The notes below the pieces were generated by a model. That model saw nothing but the letters and a program-made list of their open reading frames with translations, was not told the origin of the DNA and made no database searches. This document shows positions 48,288-57,548 of a stretch of DNA of 64,000 nucleotides, piece by piece; position 1 is the stretch's first letter; each line of letters opens with the position of its first letter. Made by a program: the position numbers and the translations under genes. Origin of the DNA: an uncultured virus (IMG/VR IMGVR_UViG_3300042505_000848) (lineage: Duplodnaviria; Heunggongvirae; Uroviricota; Caudoviricetes); IMG/VR virus record IMGVR_UViG_3300042505_000848; one strand, written 5' to 3'.

Positions 48288-48879
48288 AAAAATTATTGTA
48301 ACCGGTCACACAAGCGGTGTTGGTAAAGCAATTTACGACAAGTTTAAAGAAATAAGTTGTAGAGAAATTGTGGGAATGAGCCGTAGCAATGGATATGATA
48401 TAGATAAAGACTTTGATAAGATTGTAGAAGAATCTACAGGCTGTGAACTGTTTATTAATAATGCTTACAGAGACAGTCAGCAATTAAAATTAGTTGAAGC
48501 ACTTAAAGACAAAGTAGACATGATGGTTGTTATGGGCAGTGTTAGTAGATTCTATCCAGAACTTATTCCTACACAGTATGTACACGATAAACAAGCACTA
48601 GCGGAAGCCTGTAGACTTATTAGTTTAAATCCCAACGGTATTCCACTGCTACATTTAGATTTAGGATTTATAGAAGGTACAACAGTAGAAGAAAACGACC
48701 CAACAGCCTTTGTTAGTGACTACACTACGTCCAAGGCCGACATTGTTGATACAATTATCTTCTGGGCACAAAAGCCCTCTATTAGACAGATCGAGTTTAG
48801 ATGGAAACTAACTCCGCAGGTCATGTCTGAATTAAAAAGAATTAATCCCGATTTAGATCCATCTAGGATAACGTTCTAG
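48280..48879 (+). CDS. Short-chain dehydrogenase-like protein
   Basis: VTGHTSGVG, FINNAY, MGS, YVHDK; GTG start. Confidence 0.75.
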   Translation: MDKKIIVTGHTSGVGKAIYDKFKEISCREIVGMSRSNGYDIDKDFDKIVEESTGCELFINNAYRDSQQLKLVEALKDKVDMMVVMGSVSRFYPELIPTQYVHDKQALAEACRLISLNPNGIPLLHLDLGFIEGTTVEENDPTAFVSDYTTSKADIVDTIIFWAQKPSIRQIEFRWKLTPQVMSELKRINPDLDPSRITF

Positions 48880-49410
48880 ATTCTCTAAAAATCTATCTCC
48901 GTATATTTTCCACACAGTTTGATCTGTGTACCTGTAATGAACTTCTTTAACACGTTCCACTATGCCTATCTTTTCTAATGTGGGAAAATAATATCTGTGT
49001 ACTAGCCTTTGACTCGCTACCTTGCTGTCATTAGATGTGGCATATATGTTTTCTTCTCCGACCCATGCTATACAGGCAGGTAATAAAAATTGGTCAGTTA
49101 GATTTTGATGTTCTGCAATTAGACGTTGGGGAGTTATTAATCCACCGTGTGGTCTTGCCGCACCAAACGTGCAGGTACGTGCTAACACCCTATAACTATC
49201 AGGCCCCATGACATCATCAAATGAGTGAGCTACTACACTACCGATGGCTTTATTGTCCTGATACAGTATCCATGCTTTCCAGGATTTTTCATTGTGAAAA
49301 CAATCTATCATGGATTTTTGACTGGAATTGTTTTCGAACCCTTTTTCTTTTGCTTCTTTATAAAACTCGGAAAGATCTAGATCAGAAGACCAATCTACAA
49401 TATTATACAT
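48853..49410 (-). CDS. Hypothetical protein, possibly GNAT-like
   Basis: WILYQDNKAIGSVVAH...YRVLARTC pattern; fold assignment is weak. Confidence 0.5.
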   Translation of the reverse strand: MYNIVDWSSDLDLSEFYKEAKEKGFENNSSQKSMIDCFHNEKSWKAWILYQDNKAIGSVVAHSFDDVMGPDSYRVLARTCTFGAARPHGGLITPQRLIAEHQNLTDQFLLPACIAWVGEENIYATSNDSKVASQRLVHRYYFPTLEKIGIVERVKEVHYRYTDQTVWKIYGDRFLENLERYPRWI

Positions 49411-50098
49411 AAAGTTTTTTACACTCGTCCATAAAATCAGAAGGGAAGTTTGTTTTAAAACTTTCAAATGCTAACAGTTGTATGTCTTTAAAGGGAGTCG
49501 GCTTATCCACGTCTATTCCCATAGCAGACATTTTAGGAAATAGATCTGCTTGCCTATCTTCACTGATATGGCTCATTACGCTACGTAAACTAATAGCAGG
49601 ATCGTGATCACGATAACAGAAAAAATAATTGATACTTTTAAGTTGACCGTTGACAACAAAATAACTACTGGGATGTAGACTGTATTTGTAGATACCTAAT
49701 GCTTTGTGTGCTTTAAATATTTCTAACATCTGTTCTCGCCAATTGGGCAGTACACTATCGTAGTCTTGTTTAATAGGATCAGATTGTTGCCAAAAGTCAT
49801 CACCATCTATTTCAAGATAGAGTTTTCTTTTTTCTAAATCTATATTAATAATGTTGGGAACTAGGTGCGGAAATATATTACGCATTTGAGTAATAAAATT
49901 TACTTCGCGCAACCATTTTTCATTCATTAGACTAGGGTCTACTACTTGATTCTGACCTTTATGATAATCAGTATCGTTGTGGTACCATTGACAAAATGTT
50001 TTTTTATCTTTGCTAATTAAGCTGGTATAAATTAGGTTATTTCGGCAAAGGCCTTTTCCTGGAACATCGTTATAATAGTATTCATATTCTGCAGTCAT
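49403..50098 (-). CDS. Hypothetical protein, atypical kinase-like fold (paralog of 38114-38818)
   Basis: REV...VPNIINID...GIYKYSLHP...KSINYF. Confidence 0.5.
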   Translation of the reverse strand: MTAEYEYYYNDVPGKGLCRNNLIYTSLISKDKKTFCQWYHNDTDYHKGQNQVVDPSLMNEKWLREVNFITQMRNIFPHLVPNIINIDLEKRKLYLEIDGDDFWQQSDPIKQDYDSVLPNWREQMLEIFKAHKALGIYKYSLHPSSYFVVNGQLKSINYFFCYRDHDPAISLRSVMSHISEDRQADLFPKMSAMGIDVDKPTPFKDIQLLAFESFKTNFPSDFMDECKKLYV

Positions 50099-50103
50099 AC
50101 AAA

Positions 50104-50120
50104 TACTTATCAGCTAAGTA
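50104..50120. promoter_or_regulatory. Divergent TAAGTA late-promoter-like pair
   Basis: TAAGTA-5 nt-ATG on both strands within a 27-nt intergenic gap. Confidence 0.65.
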
Positions 50121-50125
50121 TTAAC

Positions 50126-50941
50126 ATGATTAGAGGAATTGGCGGCAAGCCTTACATTAATTTAGATCCATTTTTGGATGTAAAAGGGTTTACAGAGTTA
50201 CATCCAGAAATCTGTAAAGGTTTTGCTTTAGCAAGGGATTATGCCAAAGAAGGCACATGGATGGCTCCAGGCTTTGATCAAAGTCGAGGCAGTTATCAGT
50301 GGAACTGGAAACCGATATACAAAGCACATGAAGAATATCTTGCCTTGTCGAATGATCATCCCATTAAAATTCAAGGTCAAGAAATATATCCTACAGATTT
50401 TAAAGACTACAAACAACGCAATTTATTCACACGTTATCTTAAAAGTGTATTAGGTGCTAACGATCCTTATACCTATTATTTTCTATGGAACGAAGGCGAC
50501 TGGAATGAACGCAATGCTGAAAGACAAAAGACTGAGGAAAGCAACTTCTTTCCCGGTGTTGTTCAGTGGGTAGAAAATCTACAAGAACAAGGTATAATAG
50601 ATCGCATAGGGCGTGTTATATTTTTTCTTTGCGATCATAACGGCAAAGCATTTGAACATCGAGACCTAGATGCTAAAAACGGTGTGTTTGAAAATGATTA
50701 CTATACTCCGCATAATAACGAATTCATACATATAAGATATCGCACCAAGCGAGGTTTCTATATATGGGATCCCGACACACAAGACAAACACTATATTAAT
50801 AGCCATGCTGCTATGTGGAACGATCAAGACTGGCACGGTGGGGAATCTAGCCTAGAACAAGAATACGGACTTAGAATTGACTGTAAGTTTACACAAGAAT
50901 TCCGTAAACAAATTGGAATAGATCATTTAGAGAATTATTAA
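50126..50941 (+). CDS. Fe(II)/2OG oxygenase-like cupin protein
   Basis: IGRVIFF...EHRD...DWHGG...LRID. Confidence 0.6.
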   Translation: MIRGIGGKPYINLDPFLDVKGFTELHPEICKGFALARDYAKEGTWMAPGFDQSRGSYQWNWKPIYKAHEEYLALSNDHPIKIQGQEIYPTDFKDYKQRNLFTRYLKSVLGANDPYTYYFLWNEGDWNERNAERQKTEESNFFPGVVQWVENLQEQGIIDRIGRVIFFLCDHNGKAFEHRDLDAKNGVFENDYYTPHNNEFIHIRYRTKRGFYIWDPDTQDKHYINSHAAMWNDQDWHGGESSLEQEYGLRIDCKFTQEFRKQIGIDHLENY

Positions 50942-52095
50942 TGTCTAATACATATTGCCCACTAGCCTGGATTGGCAGAAACATTTTACCTACTAGCATT
51001 CAACCTTGTTGTGAATGGTACGGTATTGGAGACCCGGTTGACAGTGCAGAAAATATCGGACATAGTCCTGTATTTTTAAATGCTCGAGAAAAAATGAGTA
51101 AAGGAGAAAAAGTAGCCGGTTGTAAACAATGTTACTTAGCAGAAGAATCTGGTATTAAATCTAGACGGCTACAGGCATTGGAACAATATGGGGTTGTAGA
51201 TACTGTTGAAAGTAGAGTATTAGATGTTAGTTTTGACAATATATGTAACTTAAAATGTAGAGGATGTGCTTCGTCGAGCAGTCATCTTTGGTTTTCAGAT
51301 GAAAAAGAAATATACAGTCACACTATTTTTGGTTCAAAATATGTTGAAAATAATACTAATATAGATATTTCAGGATTGGAGTATGTCGGAGTTAGTGGAG
51401 GCGAACCGTTTTTAAGTAAAAAGTTTAACTCGTTTGCGGAAAAACTATTATCGACACAAACGGCAAAAAATATATGTTTAACAATTAATACTAATGCAAC
51501 TGTTAAACCTTCTCCTGCGGTATATGATCTAATTTTAACATGTAAAAATTTAAGTTTACAATTTAGCATAGACGGTATTGGGCACTTAAATTCTTATTTT
51601 AGAAGTGGCGCAACGTTTGAAGAATGTGAGAAAAATTTAAATTTCTTTAGAAATCTAAAGACTCTAAGACAAGAAAAATCTACAAGTTTGGTCATACATA
51701 CTACTGTTAGTTTATACAATGTAAATCTTCTTAAAGATATGGAAGACTACTTTCAAACAAATTATCCCGAATATGCGCTTACACATAGAAACTTATATTG
51801 GCCACCTCAACTATCAATTAGAAATCTTCCCCAACCGTATAAAGAAATTTTAATTCCGATTGTTGAAAATTTTGGGGATAACTATAAAGATGTTTTATAC
51901 GAATTAATATTAAATGAGCAGGATTATTTTAACCATTTTTTAAATTTTCATGTCAAGTTAGATTTATTAAGAAAAGAAAGTTTAAAAGATAGTAATCCAT
52001 TGTTATCTGAATTTATAAAAAACTATCCTAGAGAATTAATAGATAGTAAAATCTTTTTTATTGAGCAAATGGATAAACTAAAATGCGGCACATAG
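50941..52095 (+). CDS. Radical SAM protein with an N-terminal twitch/SPASM-like domain
   Basis: YCPLAW...PCC...CKQC, then CNLKCRGC, SGGEPF, NTN, SIDG. Confidence 0.92.
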   Translation: MSNTYCPLAWIGRNILPTSIQPCCEWYGIGDPVDSAENIGHSPVFLNAREKMSKGEKVAGCKQCYLAEESGIKSRRLQALEQYGVVDTVESRVLDVSFDNICNLKCRGCASSSSHLWFSDEKEIYSHTIFGSKYVENNTNIDISGLEYVGVSGGEPFLSKKFNSFAEKLLSTQTAKNICLTINTNATVKPSPAVYDLILTCKNLSLQFSIDGIGHLNSYFRSGATFEECEKNLNFFRNLKTLRQEKSTSLVIHTTVSLYNVNLLKDMEDYFQTNYPEYALTHRNLYWPPQLSIRNLPQPYKEILIPIVENFGDNYKDVLYELILNEQDYFNHFLNFHVKLDLLRKESLKDSNPLLSEFIKNYPRELIDSKIFFIEQMDKLKCGT

Positions 52096-52580
52096 GTAAT
52101 TACAAACATTGGGTAAATCCGCTATGGGAACACTTGGTGTTAACTAGGACAGGACAGGCAAGGCCCCGCGACTGGCCGGCATCAACTGCGGTTGAAGCAA
52201 CTGAATACAAAACATATAAAGAAGCAGGCTATGATTTAAATGCAGTTAATTGGTGGGTCTATGAAGAACGCGATTTAAATATAGATATCTCTCCTCCTTG
52301 GACAACCGGTCAATTACACTGGTGGATCACTAAACTATTACCAGGGCAATACATGCCCATGCACACCGATCCTCATACACATGATACTAATTGTTCTCGT
52401 TATTGGATCCCGTTGCAGGATTATCATCCCGGACACATATTTGTATACAAGGATGAAATGATTACTAATTACAAAAAAGGTGATGTATATGCTTACACTA
52501 GTTCTACAGATTTACATGGCGCAGCAAATATAGGTCATATACCTCGACTTGTTTTACAAATTACAGAATATGATATCTAA
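52083..52580 (+). CDS. Fe(II)/2OG oxygenase (AspH-like cupin)
   Basis: LLPGQYMPMHTD...LHGAANIG...R. Confidence 0.78.
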   Translation: MRHIGNYKHWVNPLWEHLVLTRTGQARPRDWPASTAVEATEYKTYKEAGYDLNAVNWWVYEERDLNIDISPPWTTGQLHWWITKLLPGQYMPMHTDPHTHDTNCSRYWIPLQDYHPGHIFVYKDEMITNYKKGDVYAYTSSTDLHGAANIGHIPRLVLQITEYDI

Positions 52581-53724
52581 AACATACTGTGTGTATCCTT
52601 TTATAAGTTCTAGTCTGCAAGCAGATAACACAGTTCTGCCCTGCGGACAGTTTATGAAATCTACCTTGTTTCAAAATATTATTCCAATTAATGACGTAAG
52701 ACAAGGTTCTGTAATGCAAGAAATGCGTAGAAAAATGTTAAACGGCGAACGAGTAGAAGGGTGCCAATGCTACGCCGAAGAAGAAATAGGCATTTCGTCA
52801 ATGCGGCAAAGCGGCCTTAACAAATATGAATTTACTACTGACACCACAATAAAAAAATTAGAATTAGTTATGGATAACATCTGTAACATAAAATGCAGAA
52901 GTTGTGGATCACCTAATAGTCATACCTGGCACGAGGATGAAATAAAAATTTATGGGGAATCTTTTTCTAAGAAAAAATACATTAAAAATACTCTATATAA
53001 AGATCTCGAGTTAGATAGCTTAGTTGAAATAGAAGTTCTTGGTGGCGAACCAATGTACAGTCCTGGAACTAAAGATTTTTTTAAACTATTAAAGAATAAA
53101 GGAATTTTAGAAAATCTTTCTATACAGCTAAGTACAAACGGAACTGTAGAACCAACTGACGCTGTATTAGACAGTTTATTAAGTTGTAAAGAGTTAAGTT
53201 TAAATATTAGTATAGATGGGTTTGGACATTATAACAATTACATTAGAAGCGGTTCTAACTGGGATACAATAGAACAGAATTTAAAGTTTTACGATAATCT
53301 AATTGATTTAAGAAAAGATAAAAAAACATCAATGAATGTGCATACAGCAGTAAGCATTTATAATGTAAACCAGCTTGATTTATTAGATAATTACATTAAA
53401 GAATATTTTCCTAGATTTTCTAAAACATTTCAACTAGTACAATATCCAGTGTTTTTATCTATTAAAAATACTCCATTAGAATATAAAAAACTAGTCTCTA
53501 AATATATCAATAACAATAGTATTACTGAGTATCTTAATTCAGAGGGCAATGACTATTTTCAACATTTTATAAACTATTCCCAACAACTTGATGAAATTAG
53601 ATCTGAAGACATGGCAGATTTTAATCCGCTGTTAAAACAATATATTGAAAAGTATACTTCTAAGGTAACTAGAGCAGAAAGTAAAGTTTTTTTAATAAAA
53701 GAATTCAAAAAACTACAAAATTAA
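52570..53724 (+). CDS. Radical SAM protein with an N-terminal twitch/SPASM-like domain
   Basis: YCVYPF...PC...CQC, then CNIKCRSC, LGGEPM, STNG, SIDG; start set at ATG 52570. Confidence 0.92.
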   Translation: MISKTYCVYPFISSSLQADNTVLPCGQFMKSTLFQNIIPINDVRQGSVMQEMRRKMLNGERVEGCQCYAEEEIGISSMRQSGLNKYEFTTDTTIKKLELVMDNICNIKCRSCGSPNSHTWHEDEIKIYGESFSKKKYIKNTLYKDLELDSLVEIEVLGGEPMYSPGTKDFFKLLKNKGILENLSIQLSTNGTVEPTDAVLDSLLSCKELSLNISIDGFGHYNNYIRSGSNWDTIEQNLKFYDNLIDLRKDKKTSMNVHTAVSIYNVNQLDLLDNYIKEYFPRFSKTFQLVQYPVFLSIKNTPLEYKKLVSKYINNNSITEYLNSEGNDYFQHFINYSQQLDEIRSEDMADFNPLLKQYIEKYTSKVTRAESKVFLIKEFKKLQN

Positions 53725-54947
53725 ACCCAGTCTAAGTTATAATGCCAGGACGGTTTCTTTAAAGTTCCTATATCAGTAATTTCAAAATCTTTACTAATGC
53801 CTGATGTTTTTAAATTTTCTATAAATCCACCTGCGGCTCTAATATTAAAATTAATTGTACATTCTGGAACTTTTTCTTTTAGCGCATTAATGATTTCATT
53901 TTCCTTGTATACTCTGTAATACAGCGGCGACAAACATGCGGTGCCTTCATAGCAAAAAATATTCGATAAATTGATTAATGTAGTTGAATTATGTTCTACA
54001 TCAATATAGTTTATAAGATTATTTTCTAAAAGTAAATCAGCTTTTACAAATTCATAAGTAATATTACTTTTACGTTGAATATTATTTTTCCAATAATTTA
54101 AAGCATTATCATTATAATCATAAATGATAATTCTGCCTTCGTCGATTAAGTCAGTATAGAGTGATCCACTAGCAGGAATAATTAATTGTGTAAATTTTTT
54201 ATCAATATTACTGTTGTTAGCTTCAGTATTTTCTTTGTGAATAAATTCGGCGGATGCATACTTTTCACGAAAATAAATCCAATTAAGATTTTGTAAAAAG
54301 TCTTTTTTAGATTCTGGATAAAGATGTTTTTTATTATACCTAATATTGTTATCAAATACTTTAACAGGCAAATTATGATAGAATGCCAAACTTAATATAT
54401 TCCATCCGTGGCATTTATGATCATATACTTTGACTTGATGACCAGATCTAACCCAAGTGGGAGTATAGTTATCGTGTATATTATTTAAACTTCTTACTGG
54501 AATTGTCTGTGCATGTGAAGCACCTAATTCCATCTGACCTATTAATGGGCAGTTTAATTTACGATACATTTCTAAATTTATTAGATAACACTGATGATGA
54601 AGTTCGTAATACGCGGTGCCTCTATCTAAAACGTGTCCGTAGATAAAAAAATCGTCTTTAACTAAGTTTTCTAAAGAGTTAAAAAATTCACGCCCATTAA
54701 TAAATTCTGATCCTGTGCTAAAAACAAGGGCATGCGTATAATCTAAATTTGCAACATGTTGTAATACAATATCTTCGTTCAGCGATTGATATACATCATA
54801 TTTTTTTGTTAGCACATTTGATAATGTATAGTCAGACTGATTTTTTATAATTTCTTTGCAAAAATTATCTTGTATACAATTAGTATTATCAATAAAACAA
54901 AATGCGATTTTATTGGAAAGATTATAGTTATATTCAACTACATTCAT
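53721..54947 (-). CDS. Hypothetical protein (408 aa)
   Basis: Long AT-rich ORF in operon; GHVLDR...YYELHHQCY; no family recognised. Confidence 0.75.
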   Translation of the reverse strand: MNVVEYNYNLSNKIAFCFIDNTNCIQDNFCKEIIKNQSDYTLSNVLTKKYDVYQSLNEDIVLQHVANLDYTHALVFSTGSEFINGREFFNSLENLVKDDFFIYGHVLDRGTAYYELHHQCYLINLEMYRKLNCPLIGQMELGASHAQTIPVRSLNNIHDNYTPTWVRSGHQVKVYDHKCHGWNILSLAFYHNLPVKVFDNNIRYNKKHLYPESKKDFLQNLNWIYFREKYASAEFIHKENTEANNSNIDKKFTQLIIPASGSLYTDLIDEGRIIIYDYNDNALNYWKNNIQRKSNITYEFVKADLLLENNLINYIDVEHNSTTLINLSNIFCYEGTACLSPLYYRVYKENEIINALKEKVPECTINFNIRAAGGFIENLKTSGISKDFEITDIGTLKKPSWHYNLDWV

Positions 54948-55954
54948 TTTTTATAAATTTTTATAGGTAAAACAGTTTCTTCTTTTAAAAAAATCTCATT
55001 TGAATTCGACGGACACATAGAACATTCAGTAATTGGTTTATATTTAGACACAGAAAAATTTTCTATATCTTCATCTGTGCATTTTGTTAAATCTAAATTT
55101 TTATAAGATAAAAATTTGGCCCAGTCCGGATCATCTAGAGATTGATGTTTGTTGAGAAACTGGGTCAATGTTCCTAGAGCTGCGCATTTATAAAGTTTTT
55201 TATCTAACATAAAGGTGCAATAACAACTTGGACAATTTCCGAAATATGACTTATTGATATCTACAGAATTGAATGGTTTGGGTTTAGTTTCTCTGTAGTA
55301 ATAATGTTGCAAATGAGAAGTCTGATCATGTAAAAAAATTCCGTATTTCTCATTCCACCACAGAGTATTATCTGTCGAAGACAATACTTTATTGTCTTTA
55401 GCAGAGTAATTTACATCTTTGTAATTTTTAACTTCTTCCCAGTAATTTTTCCAGCCATCGTCGTTGGGTCGTTGATGCATAATTTCTGTCCAAAACACGT
55501 TGTTATCTATGATGTTTAAGTTAACATTTTGAGCCAGTATATTAATTGACTTTTTTATTTCTAAGGATCTTTTTTGGTTTTCGAATAATTTAAAATGATC
55601 GCTTACCATCAATAATATTTTGTAGTTGGACAGGATTTCGGATAAAAAGTCTATATTTTTTCCAATTAGTTCACCGTTGGTTGGCAAGAATATTAAAGTT
55701 TCTTTATCTATACTTCTTATAAATTCTAAGATATCTTTAATTTTGTCTTTATAAAGAAGTGGTTCTCCTCCTAGCAAACTAAAAATTTCTATGTCAAAAT
55801 TATTTTTTGCTAATAGTATACCTTCTTTGATCGATTCAACAGTGGGATCAAATTCACCTTTTCTTATAGTATCACTTCTTGTATCGCACTGAGCACACGC
55901 CAATTGACATCGGCCGCCGTAAAAGATATCAAGAATTTTTATTTTGGGTTTCAT
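54944..55954 (-). CDS. Radical SAM protein with a C-terminal Cys cluster
   Basis: CQLACAQC, LLGGEPLL, PTNG; CPSCYC...LYKC...CSMCP. Confidence 0.9.
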   Translation of the reverse strand: MKPKIKILDIFYGGRCQLACAQCDTRSDTIRKGEFDPTVESIKEGILLAKNNFDIEIFSLLGGEPLLYKDKIKDILEFIRSIDKETLIFLPTNGELIGKNIDFLSEILSNYKILLMVSDHFKLFENQKRSLEIKKSINILAQNVNLNIIDNNVFWTEIMHQRPNDDGWKNYWEEVKNYKDVNYSAKDNKVLSSTDNTLWWNEKYGIFLHDQTSHLQHYYYRETKPKPFNSVDINKSYFGNCPSCYCTFMLDKKLYKCAALGTLTQFLNKHQSLDDPDWAKFLSYKNLDLTKCTDEDIENFSVSKYKPITECSMCPSNSNEIFLKEETVLPIKIYKK

Positions 55955-56687
55955 AAGATTTTTTATAACTCTTTGCAATTAATTTAACAAAATCATTTAT
56001 CCGGGTCCCGGGTATTCCGTGAGCTATTAAATGTATTCTTGAAATGTTGTTAAAATTTATAACACTGTGATAATTTCTAATATTAATGATAAAAACTTTA
56101 CCTTCTTCCCATGGAATACACCCGTATTCTTTAAGAGTCATATGACAATCGAGAGGATGTAATATAGCAACATTGATAGGGACTCCGAACTCTAATGCAT
56201 CGAAATTTTCTTCGCCCGGGAGTTTTCCGGGCATATCACTATGCGGTGTAATAGCACTATTTGACTCTAATTCCATAAAACGAATTCGTCTATATGATTC
56301 ATACGGAAAATTTTCCCAAAAAGATTTTATTGTTGGTGTATCCTGCGATAGTGTGGTCCAATGATATGGAACGTCGATTTCTTTTGTATATCCGTATTTT
56401 GTCCAAGCACCAGTTTTTTCAATATCAATCCCGTGTATGCAACAGCTATTCCAACCTGTGTTATTTTCTTCTCTGTGTGGAACTAGATATTTTAAAGATT
56501 GAGAAGCTTCTCGTTTCCATGAATCTAGATTTATCTCAATATCCAATTCTAACCAACCGAAGTCACTTTCGTTTAATAACCAATTTGAAATTTCAAAATC
56601 AGTTACAACGTTATCAGGCAGACTGGGCAAAACGCTGGTATAGTTTTTATTTTCATTATAGAAATTGAGAGAATCAGAGTTTATCAT
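55929..56687 (-). CDS. Fe(II)/2OG oxygenase (aspartyl/asparaginyl beta-hydroxylase-like)
   Basis: RIRFMEL...ITPHSD...YHSVIN...RIHLI; start set at ATG 56687. Confidence 0.8.
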   Translation of the reverse strand: MINSDSLNFYNENKNYTSVLPSLPDNVVTDFEISNWLLNESDFGWLELDIEINLDSWKREASQSLKYLVPHREENNTGWNSCCIHGIDIEKTGAWTKYGYTKEIDVPYHWTTLSQDTPTIKSFWENFPYESYRRIRFMELESNSAITPHSDMPGKLPGEENFDALEFGVPINVAILHPLDCHMTLKEYGCIPWEEGKVFIINIRNYHSVINFNNISRIHLIAHGIPGTRINDFVKLIAKSYKKSYETQNKNS

Positions 56688-56692
56688 ATTAA

Positions 56693-56721
56693 TAATTATC
56701 ATAAAAAAATTCAGTTAAATA
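56693..56721. promoter_or_regulatory. Divergent late-promoter-like pair (TAATTA minus, TAAATA plus)
   Basis: Each motif lies 5 nt before an ATG (56687 and 56727). Confidence 0.6.
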
Positions 56722-56726
56722 CAGAT

Positions 56727-57548
56727 ATGGCAAAATTAGCAATACCTCACATCGAATGGCACATTTCTCACTCTTGTAATTTTACCTGCGAATCCTGTGC
56801 CCATTTTTCTAATCATGGGCATTCTGGAGTGGTATCTAAAAATACCTTAGTTGAATGGTATTCAAATTGGAATCAACGGTTACTTCCAAGAGAAATAGAT
56901 CTATTAGGAGGAGAACCGTTACTTAATAAAGAAATACTAGACATTGTCTTAACAACTAGACAGATGTGGCCAGACAGTCAAATACGGTTAGTAACCAATG
57001 GTGTATTATTATCAAAGTTCCCAAATCTTCCAAAAGTATTAAAAGAAACAAACACAGCACTAGTAATATCAATGCACAGTGACCAAGAAGATTATTTAAG
57101 TAAAATGTCTAAAGTTTTTGATCTTGTCGATGATTGGAAGAGAGAATTTAATATAGATGTAAAGACTGTTGATTCTTACACCAACTGGTCAAAATTATAC
57201 AAAGGATACGGAAATAATATCGAACCTTATACTGACAACGATCCCAATCAGAGTTGGAACAATTGTATAACAGGGCAGGATTGTTTTCAATTATATCAAG
57301 GCAACATTTATAAATGCTCACCGTTGGCATATTTAAAACTACAAAAACAAAAATACAAATTATCTAATAAATGGGATCCATATTTAAATTACGAACCGTT
57401 GCGACCCACAGCTTCTAACGAAGAAGTAGAAGAATTTTTCAACAGAAAATCTGAACAATATTGCGGAATGTGTCCCAGTCGTCCCGTAAGTTTTTTAAAA
57501 AATAATCCTCTGCTGCCTAGGAAATTTTACAGGATAACACCACAATGA
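56727..57548 (+). CDS. Radical SAM protein with a C-terminal Cys cluster
   Basis: CNFTCESC, LLGGEPLL, VTNG; C....C...IYKC...CGMCP (related to 54944-55954). Confidence 0.92.
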   Translation: MAKLAIPHIEWHISHSCNFTCESCAHFSNHGHSGVVSKNTLVEWYSNWNQRLLPREIDLLGGEPLLNKEILDIVLTTRQMWPDSQIRLVTNGVLLSKFPNLPKVLKETNTALVISMHSDQEDYLSKMSKVFDLVDDWKREFNIDVKTVDSYTNWSKLYKGYGNNIEPYTDNDPNQSWNNCITGQDCFQLYQGNIYKCSPLAYLKLQKQKYKLSNKWDPYLNYEPLRPTASNEEVEEFFNRKSEQYCGMCPSRPVSFLKNNPLLPRKFYRITPQ

